A stretch of 64,000 bases of DNA from Thermodesulfobacteriota bacterium (GCA_965205855.1 OZ242184.1:1088001-1152000), one strand, 5' to 3'; counted from the stretch's first letter, positions 9,939-20,019 are shown. Notes: generated by a model from the sequence alone, not told the origin. Numbers and translations are program-made.

Positions 9939-12900
9939 TTACATATTCCGGCGATACTTGCCGCCCGATTCGAACAGCGCGTCGGTGATCTGGCCTAGCG
10001 AACACACACGCACGGCATCCATTAGTACAGCAAAGACGTTCTCGTCATTGGTAGCCGCATGTTGCAGGCGTTTGACCATATCGTCTGCGAATGGTGCGTT
10101 GCGTTTCTGGAAGTCACGCAGGCGCTTGATCTGGCTCTGCTTTTCCTCGTCCGTGGAACGTCGTAATTCTGGCGTCACGTCCTTTGACGGATTTGGGTTT
10201 CTGTAAGTATTCACGCCGATGATCGGCAACTCTCCGGTATGCTTAAGGGTCTCGTAGTAAATGCTCTCTTCTTGAATCTTGCCGCGCTGATAGCCGGTTT
10301 CCATCGCACCTAGAACGCCGCCGCGCTCGGTGATGCGGTCAAACTCCTGAAGCACGGCTTCCTCAACCAAGTCGGTCATTTCATCAATGATAAATGCGCC
10401 CTGGGTCGGGTTCTCGTTCTTGGCCAGGCCCCATTCTTTGTTGATGATCATCTGAATGGCGATGGCGCGGCGAAGGCTTTCTTCGGTCGGTGTCGTGATC
10501 GCCTCGTCATAGGCGTTGGTGTGGAGCGAGTTGCAGTTATCATAAACGGCTATCAGTGCCTGCAAGGTCGTGCGGATATCGTTGAAGTCCATTTCCTGCG
10601 CATGCAGTGAGCGGCCCGATGTCTGGATATGATATTTGAGTTTCTGCGAGCGTTCGTTGGCACCGTATTTAAAGCGCATGGCAGACGCCCAGATGCGACG
10701 TGCGACACGCCCCATCACTGAATACTCAGGGTCCATGCCGTTCGAGAAAAAGAAGCTGAGGTTCGGCGCGAAATCATCGATCTTCATACCGCGGGACAGA
10801 TAAGCTTCAACAAACGTAAAACCGTTGGCGAGTGTGAACGCAAGCTGGCTGATCGGATTGGCACCCGCTTCGGCGATGTGATAGCCGGAGATTGAGACAG
10901 AATAGAAATTCCGTACCCGATGTTCGACAAAATATTCCTGAATATCGGCCATCATCTTGAGTGCAAATTCGGTCGAAAAAATACACGTGTTCTGGCCCTG
11001 GTCTTCTTTCAGGATGTCGGCCTGCACAGTGCCTCGCACGGTCTCAAACGTCCACGTTTTGATCTTTTCAATCTCTTCATCGGTGGGTGCACGGCCGTTG
11101 TCAGCATCGAACTTGGCGATTTGCTGATCGACGGCAGTATTCATAAACATCGCAAGGATGGTCGGTGCTGGACCGTTGATCGTCATCGAGACAGATGTTG
11201 TCGGGCTGCACAAATCGAACCCGTCATACAAAACCTTCATATCATCAAGCGATGCAATGGACACGCCGGAGTTGCCAACCTTACCATAGATGTCCGGGCG
11301 CTCATCCGGATCAAAACCATACAGTGTCACGCTATCGAATGCAGTCGACAGACGCTTGGCATCTGAGTCACGAGATAAAAATTTGAAGCGTTCGTTGGTA
11401 CGGAACGGATCGCCCTCACCTGCGAACATGCGGGTCGGATCTTCGCCTTCGCGCTTGAATGCAAATACACCTGCGGTATACGGAAAGCTACCGGGCAGGT
11501 TTTCTTTAAGCAGGAACTTGAGCAGTTCACCCTCGTCCTCAAACTTTGGCAGTGCGACACGCGACACACGGTTACCGCTGAGGGTTTCGCGTTGCAGATT
11601 GTAGCGAACTTCCTTGTTGCGGATTTTGACCACGTAGTCATCACCGGAATAACTCTCGACAACGCGTGGCCAGATATCTATCAGTTTCTTGGCGCGTGAA
11701 TCCATTGCGCTGTCGCGGGCAATCACCAGTGCACCAAGGCCGGACGCATCATCGCCGGCTTCGGACAGCATGCGTTTGGACTCTCGCAACTGTTGGCGTT
11801 CGCGGGCGAGTTTTGATTGTTCATCGATGGTGGCGTGATAGCCGCGAACGGTTTCGGAAATCTCGGACAGATATCTGGTCCGCTCTGGTGGCACGATTGT
11901 CTGACCGGGCTCTGAAACTTTTGATGCGACGGGCGCAATTGTGCAGCCCAGGTCTTTGAAGCCTTTTTCAGTGAACACGCTGAGGAGTTCCTGATATAGA
12001 GAAGTGACACCAGGGTCAGCGAACTTAGACGCCATGCACCCAAACACTGGCATTTCATCCGGGGATTGAGAGAACGTTTCGCGGTTACGCTGCACTTGTT
12101 TGCGGACATCACGGACCGCATCCAACGCACCCTTACGGTCCATTTTGTTGATCGCGACAGCGTCGGCGTAATCCAGCATATCGATTTTCTCAAGCTGGCT
12201 TTGTGCACCGAACTCAGGCGTCATCACATACAGAGAAACGTCTACCAGATCGACAATCGCGCCGTCGCCCTGACCGATACCCGGCGTTTCAACAATCACC
12301 ATGTCGAACCCCGCTGCCTTGGTAGCGACGATAATGTCACCAAGATACTCAGGCACTTCAGTCTTTGAGCCACGCGTGGCGACGGAGCGGAAATACAGGT
12401 TCGGCGCATCGATAGCGTTCATACGAATACGGTCGCCCAACAACGCACCATTGGTTTTACGACGCGTCGGATCGATGGCGATCACGGCAATGTTTGGCTC
12501 TTCTGAATAAAGGCGGAAGCGACGGATCAACTCGTCGGTCAGCGATGATTTTCCTGCACCACCTGTGCCGGTAATACCCAACACTGGTGCCTTGTCATTC
12601 TTGGCAGCGACGTCTCGCAATTTTTTTAGATCGGCGTCTGGCAACTTGCCCCGCTCAATTGCTGAGATCACCCGCGCCAAATCTTTATGATCACTCTTCT
12701 CAAGCTTGCCAAGCGATTTTGGCAAGTCATCGGTCGGGTCAACATCCGAGACTTCAATTATATGCTGGATCATGCCCTGCAGACCCATCTGCTGCCCGTC
12801 TTCGGGCGAGAAGATACGCGTCACCCCATAGTCGTGAAGTTCTTTAATCTCTGCTTCGACAATGACGCCACCCCCGCCGCCATAGATTTTAATATCGGTG

Positions 12901-13205
12901 CGGCCGGCTTCTTTGAGCAGGTCGACCATGTACTTGAAATACTCAACATGACCACCTTGATAAGATGAAAGTGCGATGCCTTGCACATCTTCCTGGATTG
13001 CTGCACTGACGACTTCGACGACCGAGCGGTTATGACCCAGGTGGATGACTTCAACGCCGCCACGTTGGAGGACACGTCGCATGATATTGATCGAGGCATC
13101 GTGGCCGTCAAAAAGGCTCGCCGCCGTCACAAAACGGACCGGGTTTTTCGGCGTGTAGGTTTTCGAAGACTGGCTATCAACCCACTGTTTTCCATCGTCT
13201 GGCAT
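9939..13205 (-). CDS. icmF: Fused isobutyryl-CoA mutase / G-protein chaperone (AdoCbl-dependent)
   Basis: N-terminal B12-binding [11 protein letters not shown], MeaB-like GTPase [20 protein letters not shown], and mutase TRMFAGEG (Phe rather than the Tyr of MCM), [32 protein letters not shown] 13205 has a GGAGG RBS. Confidence 0.96.
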   Translation of the reverse strand: MPDDGKQWVDSQSSKTYTPKNPVRFVTAASLFDGHDASINIMRRVLQRGGVEVIHLGHNRSVVEVVSAAIQEDVQGIALSSYQGGHVEYFKYMVDLLKEAGRTDIKIYGGGGGVIVEAEIKELHDYGVTRIFSPEDGQQMGLQGMIQHIIEVSDVDPTDDLPKSLGKLEKSDHKDLARVISAIERGKLPDADLKKLRDVAAKNDKAPVLGITGTGGAGKSSLTDELIRRFRLYSEEPNIAVIAIDPTRRKTNGALLGDRIRMNAIDAPNLYFRSVATRGSKTEVPEYLGDIIVATKAAGFDMVIVETPGIGQGDGAIVDLVDVSLYVMTPEFGAQSQLEKIDMLDYADAVAINKMDRKGALDAVRDVRKQVQRNRETFSQSPDEMPVFGCMASKFADPGVTSLYQELLSVFTEKGFKDLGCTIAPVASKVSEPGQTIVPPERTRYLSEISETVRGYHATIDEQSKLARERQQLRESKRMLSEAGDDASGLGALVIARDSAMDSRAKKLIDIWPRVVESYSGDDYVVKIRNKEVRYNLQRETLSGNRVSRVALPKFEDEGELLKFLLKENLPGSFPYTAGVFAFKREGEDPTRMFAGEGDPFRTNERFKFLSRDSDAKRLSTAFDSVTLYGFDPDERPDIYGKVGNSGVSIASLDDMKVLYDGFDLCSPTTSVSMTINGPAPTILAMFMNTAVDQQIAKFDADNGRAPTDEEIEKIKTWTFETVRGTVQADILKEDQGQNTCIFSTEFALKMMADIQEYFVEHRVRNFYSVSISGYHIAEAGANPISQLAFTLANGFTFVEAYLSRGMKIDDFAPNLSFFFSNGMDPEYSVMGRVARRIWASAMRFKYGANERSQKLKYHIQTSGRSLHAQEMDFNDIRTTLQALIAVYDNCNSLHTNAYDEAITTPTEESLRRAIAIQMIINKEWGLAKNENPTQGAFIIDEMTDLVEEAVLQEFDRITERGGVLGAMETGYQRGKIQEESIYYETLKHTGELPIIGVNTYRNPNPSKDVTPELRRSTDEEKQSQIKRLRDFQKRNAPFADDMVKRLQHAATNDENVFAVLMDAVRVCSLGQITDALFESGGKYRRNM

Positions 13206-13290
13206 GGCGTCCTCCCGAGAACGTGATGATGGAGTGTTAGCGGAACCCTGCGCGGATTCGAGAGTCACTCATCATACCGTGAAGCTTACC

Positions 13291-13306
13291 TTTACGTTAA
13301 CGTAAA
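13291..13306. promoter_or_regulatory. Perfect 16-bp palindrome TTTACGTTAACGTAAA, LiuR (MerR-family)-type operator
   Basis: Lies 86-101 nt upstream of the icmF ATG. It matches, from memory, the LiuR consensus TTTACGTwwACGTAAA of branched-chain amino-acid catabolism regulons. Confidence 0.7.
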
Positions 13307-13321
13307 CTTATAACAAAAATA

Positions 13322-13627
13322 TACAATAGCCTACAGCTTTGGCCACGATTATTGTTTCGGCTTTCCGGTATTCGTGTGGCAGATTTTGACACTTGAGTTT
13401 CAACGCTTCACCCAATTTGGCTTGAGAGTGAAGAGAAGCACTTGTCGCGCAAAGACAGACACCGTGCCATCGGGGGCGGGATGACCTATCGACTGGAGTT
13501 CGCAGAACAGCTTCTGCCCTGCCTGATCTATTACCGGACTTATACCAGTCATGCTTTTATGGGCCTTCTTTTCGCTGTGTCCTCTCCCACAGTTTGTCGC
13601 CGTGTGTACGCGATGACAGAAAGGTAG
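13322..13627 (+). pseudogene. IS5/ISL2-type transposase N-terminal fragment (HTH_Tnp_4-like)
   Basis: YNSLQLWPRLLFRLSGIRVADFDT*VSTLHPIW...RHRAIGGG...EQLL..LIYYRTY...GLLFAVSSPTVCRR. In-frame TGA at 13394, and no DDE domain follows. Confidence 0.75.
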
Positions 13628-13757
13628 TTTTTCCTTGTCAAGCACGAAACAGAAAAAGATACAATAACGGCGTATTGCCTGAGAATTTACCGCATAAACA
13701 AAAAGCGTAGCGGTTGGTTGGGATAAAACAATTATCGTCTAAAGACGCTAATTGCCG

Positions 13758-13970
13758 CTATCTGTAAGTATGCTCTTTCAAAAGCGCTTTATCGGTAATT
13801 GTTTCAAGTACCTCGCCGCACTGGTCGCAACTGAAAACAACCTTGACAGGCGAATGGCTTATCCCAAATGAGACAAGAACCCAACCCAACGCCGAGTATT
13901 CAGACTTCGGCGATACAAGAGGCAAACCAAGTTTATTGCCGCACTTGCAAACGGTATTTTCAGATTCCAT
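13758..13970 (-). CDS. Small hypothetical Cys-motif protein (CxC...CxxC)
   Basis: 70 aa with VCKCG and SCDQCG flanking a short hydrophobic segment. Starts immediately after the AKR stop. Confidence 0.65.
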   Translation of the reverse strand: MESENTVCKCGNKLGLPLVSPKSEYSALGWVLVSFGISHSPVKVVFSCDQCGEVLETITDKALLKEHTYR

Positions 13971-13972
13971 AT

Positions 13973-14770
13973 TCAAAACGCCTCGCAGAGTGAATCAAAC
14001 TGTTCTTTCTCAAGCCGCCAACCGGATGCGCCGCAATTTTCTATTGTCCTTTCCACACTGTCCGATTTCGGAATAACAACCACACAGTCCCGATACAAAC
14101 ACCAGTTCATGGCAACTTGCGCCTCGCTTTTTCCAGATTTCTTCGCAATCCGGCTCAAAACTCCGTACTTGCCTTTCTCAGATTTTTTACACAAACGCCC
14201 GCTGTCAAGAGGCGTGTAGGCGATAACAGTAATTCCGCCATTGTCACAAAACGGCAGCAAATCCTTTTCAATCTCTCTGTCGTTCAAACTATACCGAACC
14301 TGATTTGAAACAATCTGTGTGTTTTCCATATAACTCTGTGCCTCTTCAAATTCCCGAACGGAGAAATTGCTTACGCCAACAAAGCGGACAATCCCACTGT
14401 CCACAAGTTTCTGCATCGCCCTCATTGTTTCCTTCAGGGGAAAAACCGGATTCGGCCAGTGGATTTGGTAAAGGTCTATTGTGTCTTTTCCCAGTTTTGA
14501 AAGACTCTCGTCCGCGGCTCTGAGCACATCGTCATAGCCGAGATTGTTTCCCGAAACCTTTGTTGCCAAAAACACATCTTCGCCCGAACGCTTTACGGCT
14601 TCACCCGAAACCCTTTCGGTACCGTATCCTTCGGCGGTGTCAATAAAACGCGCTCCGAGTTTTATTCCGGCTTCAAGCGGTTCGGTTCCCGCGCCGTAGT
14701 TCCATGTACCCAGACCGACTTCGGGGATTTTAACGCCGGTGTTTCCAAAAGTTTTCAGACCAACGGACAT
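13973..14770 (-). CDS. Aldo/keto reductase
   Basis: GLGTW, IDTAEGYG, ATKV, IDLYQIHWP, VGVSNF, AYTPL and IPKS motifs. Confidence 0.93.
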   Translation of the reverse strand: MSVGLKTFGNTGVKIPEVGLGTWNYGAGTEPLEAGIKLGARFIDTAEGYGTERVSGEAVKRSGEDVFLATKVSGNNLGYDDVLRAADESLSKLGKDTIDLYQIHWPNPVFPLKETMRAMQKLVDSGIVRFVGVSNFSVREFEEAQSYMENTQIVSNQVRYSLNDREIEKDLLPFCDNGGITVIAYTPLDSGRLCKKSEKGKYGVLSRIAKKSGKSEAQVAMNWCLYRDCVVVIPKSDSVERTIENCGASGWRLEKEQFDSLCEAF

Positions 14771-14785
14771 TTGTTGGAAAGCCCC

Positions 14786-15400
14786 CTATTCGTCCCTGCT
14801 CACAAACAGAAAAACAAACGCCGCGAGAACTCCGCCCGTGAGACTAGCCAAAGCGTAGAGAAAAAACCCGGACAAATCCGTGAACCCTCTGACAAGAAGG
14901 CCGACCGCAACCGCGGGGTTGAAAACCGCTCCGGAAACCGAACCGACCGTTATCGCTCCGCAAAGCACTACAAGACCTATGGCGACCCCGTAGAAAGAGT
15001 TTCCGGCAGTTCCGCTCGCGGTCGCAACATTGAGTATTACAAAGCAGAGGGCAAAGGTGAAAACAACTTCCGCAATCAAAAGAGAAGCGGTGTCAAAAAC
15101 CGGCGCAGGCGCTCCCGGAACGAAAAAAGTGGAAAGTAAACCGGCGCAAACGGCAGCGGCAATCTGGGAAACCGCGTAAGCAACAACCTCACGCGCGGGA
15201 GAGTTCTCCCGCAAAAATATTGAAACCGTTACGGCGGGATTATAGTGGGCGCCTGATATGTGCCCGCCGGCAAATATCATCGCCGTCAAAATTCCCGCAA
15301 TAGCAAAAGGCGCAAATGTGCCCGAAGAGATTCCTATGGTGAAAACCAGAAAGAAAGTGCCGATAAATTCAACGGCGAGTTTTTTCTTGAGGCTGTTCAT
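14786..15400 (-). CDS. Aquaporin / MIP family channel
   Basis: EFIGTF, two NPA motifs (SGAHYNPAVT, VFNPAVA) and 6 TM segments. Confidence 0.92.
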   Translation of the reverse strand: MNSLKKKLAVEFIGTFFLVFTIGISSGTFAPFAIAGILTAMIFAGGHISGAHYNPAVTVSIFLRENSPAREVVAYAVSQIAAAVCAGLLSTFFVPGAPAPVFDTASLLIAEVVFTFALCFVILNVATASGTAGNSFYGVAIGLVVLCGAITVGSVSGAVFNPAVAVGLLVRGFTDLSGFFLYALASLTGGVLAAFVFLFVSRDE

Positions 15401-15479
15401 CGGAAAAAGCTCCTTTCCGGTAAAACCGGAGGGTTATATTGTAAGTATCGGCGGGAGATTATTCAAGTCCGCGCCCGTT

Positions 15480-15508
15480 TTGACAACACCCCGGGCAATG
15501 GCTACACT
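15480..15508 (+). promoter_or_regulatory. Sigma70 promoter TTGACA-N17-TACACT
   Basis: Consensus -35 with a 17-nt spacer. The -10 ends 9 nt before ATG 15518. Confidence 0.65.
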
Positions 15509-15517
15509 CACATTCAA

Positions 15518-15928
15518 ATGGCAATGAAGAAAATCATAACAATTCAACCGGACGCACCCGCCGGTGAAAACTCCGGGGACTCCGGGGTTCAATTCAAAAA
15601 ATTTGAAAAAAAAGACAAGCACCCCCACACAGAACTGACACAAAAAACAGTTTTTGAAGCGCTTGGGAGTGTCAATGACCCCGAACTTCCCGTAAGCATT
15701 GTGGATCTTGGGCTTATCTACGATGTTCAAATCTCCGGCAACGATGTCGGGCTTCAAATGACTTTAACAACGCCGGGATGTTCAATGGGCGGCATGATTG
15801 CGGAACAGGCGGAAGAAGCGTTGAAAAGCATCGGCGCAAGAAATGTGATGGTGCAAGTGGTCTGGGACCCGCCCTGGAATCCGGATATGATGTCCCCCGA
15901 AGCGAAGAACAAACTCGGCGTGGAGTAA
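15518..15928 (+). CDS. DUF59/MIP18 (SufT/PaaD-like) Fe-S cluster maturation protein
   Basis: V.DPEL..SIVDLGLIYDV, MTLTTPGC and VVWDPPW..DMMS motifs. The track ORF from 15260 is over-extended. Confidence 0.88.
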   Translation: MAMKKIITIQPDAPAGENSGDSGVQFKKFEKKDKHPHTELTQKTVFEALGSVNDPELPVSIVDLGLIYDVQISGNDVGLQMTLTTPGCSMGGMIAEQAEEALKSIGARNVMVQVVWDPPWNPDMMSPEAKNKLGVE

Positions 15929-15940
15929 ATTTTTCAAGAT

Positions 15941-16993
15941 ATGGAGATTACATCCGAAACCGTTTCAAGACGGTTAAAACAAGTTAAATATCCCGGCTTT
16001 ACAAGAGACATTGTTTCCTTTGGAATAGTCAAAGACATAAAAGTGAACGAACGTGGCGGAGTGGGAATCTCCCTTGTTTTTCCAAAATCCGACCCTGAAG
16101 TACAGAAACTTATAGAGGAACAGGTCAGAACGGCCGTTCTTGAAACTCCGGGCGTTGGCGAAGTTTCCATTGAAACAAAATCAAGAGAGAAATCGCAGCC
16201 ACACCCCTCGTCGCAGGCGGCGGAGTCCAAGTTGCCGGACATCAAGTATTACATCGCGGTTGCGAGCGGAAAGGGAGGGGTCGGTAAATCCACAATCGCG
16301 GTGAACCTTGCCGTTACAATCGCGAAAAAGAGACAGAATGTCGGACTTATGGACGCCGACATCTGGGGGCCAAGCGCCCCCGTAATGACCGGAACCCGCG
16401 GTGAAAGACCGGTCGCGACGGCAAACAGGAAAATTCTTCCCATAGAAAAATACGGACTGAAAATGGTGTCAATCGGCTATCTGGTCAAAGAGGAGGAGAC
16501 CGTAATATGGCGTGGCCCGATGGTGCACGGAGCGGTCAAGCAGTTTGTTGAGGATGTTGAGTGGCAGAACACTGAATACCTTGTCATAGACCTGCCGCCC
16601 GGAACCGGAGACGCCCAGCTTTCAATTGCGCAAACAGTGCCGCTCAGCGGAGGGGTGATAGTTACGACTCCTCAGGAGGTTTCCCTGATAGATGTTCGCC
16701 GCGGAATCCTTATGTTTGAAAAACTGAACATTCCGGTAATCGGAATAGTTGAGAACATGAGTCATCTGGAAGTGCCTGGAGCGGAGGCGATTGACATATT
16801 CGGCAGAGGCGGCGGAAAGGCAATGGCGGATAAATTCAAAGTTCCGTTCCTCGGAGAAATTCCCATTGACCCGGAGATTAGAAAGGGGGGAGACGAAGGA
16901 GTGCCAATAGTTGAATCCAATCCCGATTGTTCATCTTCTCTCGCGTTTGCCGGCATAGCGGATAAAGTTCTTGAGCATGTGGAGAAACCCTGA
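15941..16993 (+). CDS. apbC: Mrp/ApbC/NBP35 Fe-S cluster carrier ATPase with N-terminal DUF59
   Basis: ASGKGGVGKST, DADIWGPS, WRGPM, IDLPPGTGD, VTTPQ and GIVENMS motifs. Confidence 0.92.
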   Translation: MEITSETVSRRLKQVKYPGFTRDIVSFGIVKDIKVNERGGVGISLVFPKSDPEVQKLIEEQVRTAVLETPGVGEVSIETKSREKSQPHPSSQAAESKLPDIKYYIAVASGKGGVGKSTIAVNLAVTIAKKRQNVGLMDADIWGPSAPVMTGTRGERPVATANRKILPIEKYGLKMVSIGYLVKEEETVIWRGPMVHGAVKQFVEDVEWQNTEYLVIDLPPGTGDAQLSIAQTVPLSGGVIVTTPQEVSLIDVRRGILMFEKLNIPVIGIVENMSHLEVPGAEAIDIFGRGGGKAMADKFKVPFLGEIPIDPEIRKGGDEGVPIVESNPDCSSSLAFAGIADKVLEHVEKP

Positions 16994-17016
16994 GCCCTCA
17001 GGAAGAAGGAGGTTTT

Positions 17017-17325
17017 ATGAGTGAAGGCAACGAAAAACGGCAGCCCGCGGGACCCGAAGCGGAAGGCGTTAAATGGGATTTGTCCACTTTCGTCCTTTCA
17101 CTAAACGCATCCGCAATGATTCACCTGGGCGATATTCCCGACCCCGGCACAAAAGAAAGGCAGGTAAACCTGCCAGCCGCGAAACACACGGTGGACATAC
17201 TTGAGCTTATTCAGGAAAAGACCAAGGGAAACCTCACGGATGAGGAAACAAAACTGATAGACGATGTTATTTACGGTTTAAGAATGAAGTATGTTCAGGC
17301 AACTACGACCCAGAAGAGCACTTGA
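17017..17325 (+). CDS. DUF1844 family protein
   Basis: F..FVLSL...A..HLG..PDP......NL..AKHTVDIL.L..EKTKGNLT.EE......LRM.YV pattern, with an AGGAGG RBS. Confidence 0.8.
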   Translation: MSEGNEKRQPAGPEAEGVKWDLSTFVLSLNASAMIHLGDIPDPGTKERQVNLPAAKHTVDILELIQEKTKGNLTDEETKLIDDVIYGLRMKYVQATTTQKST

Positions 17326-17340
17326 AAGTGTGCGCTCTTG

Positions 17341-17823
17341 AAATCTATATCTAACTGACTGCTGAAGTTCCTACGAGCCTCCATTACCCCTGTCTGTACT
17401 ATTCGGATAATAAGACTCTAAAGCATAACTTGCGAAATTGATTATTTTTCCAGCCATCTGAAGAAGGCCCAAGGTTGTTGAAACTCTCAGATAGCATCAG
17501 ACTCATTCCTATATTAACCAGATCGAATATGCTTACATCTTGATTTCTTATGAGTTATTAGCCACATTCTCTTTGCTTTTTTACTCTACTCCTTTGGATT
17601 TTTCCCATAACTATTTGTTCTCTTCTGACTATCTAGGAAAATAAATACAAAAGCTCCACATAGCCTCAAAACCCTTGACAAACAATCCCAAAACCAACGG
17701 CAAGTTTAAAGATTTTCTTCTTTCCTCTGTTTTCATCAATTTCTGTTGGGTTAACTTTTGTTTTCCTTCCTCGCTTTGTTCTCAAATATGGACTTGCTTT
17801 ACATCCTTTTCCTGTTCTGTCAT
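17341..17823 (-). pseudogene. AT-rich decayed gene remnant
   Basis: ATG 17823 after GAGG reads MTEQEKDVKQVHI*EQSEEGKQKL...LPLVLGLFV with multiple stops. The distal part reads ...QQSVRYRF. Confidence 0.3.
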
Positions 17824-17961
17824 AAGTTCCGCCTCGTTCCTACTCTCAAAAATAAAAAAAGATACCGAAAACCATATCAAAACCATCAGTCAACTCAATA
17901 AAAGCATTTTGCCCTATCTTTTGTGTATAATCCGCAGTAATAAGCAAAGGGAGACGCAAAA

Positions 17962-19066
17962 ATGGCAGACGAAGAAAGACCCGATATTGAAGACCTCAGA
18001 GAGCGCGTTAAGTCCATAAGAGGTTTTCTTTGACCTCCACGACAAACAAAAAAGGGTTCTCGAAATAGACGAAATTTCCAACAGTTCGGATTTCTGGGAT
18101 GACCGCAACAATGCCCAAGCCGTTCTGTCCGAACGCTCGTCTCTGAAACAGGATATTGACAACTGGGAAGATCTACGCTCCGCTCTTGAAGAGGCCCAAA
18201 CCATAAGCGATTTATGCTCGGAACAACCGGATGAGGAACTTGACTCCGAACTCCACTCCGTTCTTGAGTCTCTTGAGAAAAAGGTGGAAAGCGTTGAGTT
18301 CAAAAGGATGCTCGGTGGCGGGGACGACTCAAAGGGGGCGATTTTGGAAATAAATGCCGGAGCGGGCGGAACCGAAGCTCAGGACTGGGCGGAGATGCTC
18401 TACAGGATGTATCTGCGATATTGCGACAAAAACGGTTTTTCGGTGGAAATTCTCAACTGTCAGGAAGGCGATGAAGCGGGAATAAAAAGCGCCACAGTAA
18501 TAGTTTCGGGAGACCACCCCTATGGCTATCTCAAGTGCGAAAGCGGAGTGCATCGGCTCGTAAGAATATCGCCGTTTGACTCAAACAAGAGAAGACACAC
18601 CTCTTTCGCGTCGGTTTTTATCGCGCCGGAAATAGACGATTCGGTGGAAATCGACGTGGATGAGAAAGACTTGAGGGTTGACACATTCAGAGCCGGAGGC
18701 AAAGGCGGACAGCACGTCAACAAAACCGATTCCGCCGTCCGCATAACGCACATACCCACGGGAACGGTGGTGTGTTGCCAAAACGAAAGGTCACAACACC
18801 AGAACAGAGCGAGCGCCATGAAGGTTCTCAAGGCGCGACTTTATAAAATTGAAACGGAGAAAAAAAAGGAAAAAATAAGCGAACTTAGCTCTTCAAAAAA
18901 AGACATCGGATGGGGAAGTCAGATAAGGTCATATGTGATGCATCCCTATAGAATGGCAAAAGACCACAGAACGGGTTTTGAGCGGAGCGATGTTGAAGCC
19001 GTGCTTGACGGCGGCATAGAAGAATTTATAAAACACTATCTTACTTCCGCAGAGGCAGCACAGTGA
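17962..19066 (+). CDS. prfB: Peptide chain release factor 2 (+1 programmed frameshift)
   Basis: Frame 0: MADEERPDIEDLRERVKSIRGFL-TGA. The +1 frame continues DLHDKQ...DFWDD...GAGGTEAQDW...SPF...GGQHVN. SPF is the RF2 anticodon motif. Confidence 0.96.
18019..18034 (+). promoter_or_regulatory. RF2 autoregulatory frameshift cassette AGAGGT-TTT-CTT-TGA-C
   Basis: Internal SD-like sequence 3 nt before CTT TGA C. The +1 frame (GAC at 18032) is in phase with the ORF ending at 19066. Confidence 0.93.
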
Positions 19067-19965
19067 CAGACAATGGGAAAATTAAAAAAATAGGAATAGT
19101 GGGACTGCACGACAGTAAAGAAGTCAGAAAAATGACCGTCATGCTGTGCGATATGTTTGGGAAATTCGGCATTGAACCGGTTGTGGAAAGCGACCTAGGC
19201 AAAGCATCCGGTGTTTCCGGTCTTGCCGAAGCAAAGGAAATTCCCTCTATTGCGAACATGGTTTTTTCTCTCGGCGGAGACGGCACCTTCCTCGGCGCCG
19301 TGCATCTTTTGAGCGGAAGCCCCGTTCCGGTGCTCGGAATCAATCTCGGCGGACTGGGCTTTCTTGCCGAATGCAAGGTTGACGAAACGGAAAGCATGCT
19401 CGAAAAAATCGCTTCGGGCGGTTACAAAGTGGAGCGCAGAGATATGTTATCCGTACGTTTTGAGGGAGAGGGCGCGACCGCGGAGACAAGCGAAGCGCTG
19501 AACGAAGTTGTAGTAAACGGCGGCAGAGCGACCAAAGTCATAGACCTTGAGCTCCATATAGACGGCTCGCATATAACAACTTTCAAAGCGGACGGCATTA
19601 TCTGTTCCACTCCGACAGGCTCAACGGGATATTCTCTTTCGGCGGGAGGCCCCGTAGTTTATCCTACCCTTCCGCTCGCGCTGATAACGCCGATATGCCC
19701 ACACACGCTCGCGAATCGTCCTCTTGTCGTATCAAATGAGAGAGAAATCAGATTCCGTTGCCCTCCGCCATACGCCTGTGAAGAACTTAGCGCGACTATT
19801 GACGGACAAGTGGATTTTCTTCTGAGTCCGGGGCAGGAGGTTGTGGTAACAAAATCCCCGTTATCGGTCAATCTCGTAAAATCTCCGTTTATGGACTATT
19901 TCTCCATTCTGAAAACAAAACTTATGTGGGCAACGCGGCACAATGGAAAACAGGATAATTTGTAA
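19063..19965 (+). CDS. nadK: NAD kinase
   Basis: LGGDGTFL, GINLGGLGFL, ALNEVVV, DG.I.STPTGSTGYSLSAGGP and PICPH motifs. Confidence 0.95.
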   Translation: MTDNGKIKKIGIVGLHDSKEVRKMTVMLCDMFGKFGIEPVVESDLGKASGVSGLAEAKEIPSIANMVFSLGGDGTFLGAVHLLSGSPVPVLGINLGGLGFLAECKVDETESMLEKIASGGYKVERRDMLSVRFEGEGATAETSEALNEVVVNGGRATKVIDLELHIDGSHITTFKADGIICSTPTGSTGYSLSAGGPVVYPTLPLALITPICPHTLANRPLVVSNEREIRFRCPPPYACEELSATIDGQVDFLLSPGQEVVVTKSPLSVNLVKSPFMDYFSILKTKLMWATRHNGKQDNL

Positions 19966-20019
19966 TCCTCTTTATCCCGGAACCGAAAACCCGGCAATTT
20001 AGATTCGACAGCTGTGCGT

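Noticed and set aside
13206-13268. N-terminal extensions given by the ORF track for icmF (also ispH, ccmA, aroC, glmS, DUF59, recG)
   Set aside because: Downstream starts fit the RBS position, gene overlaps and family N-termini better.
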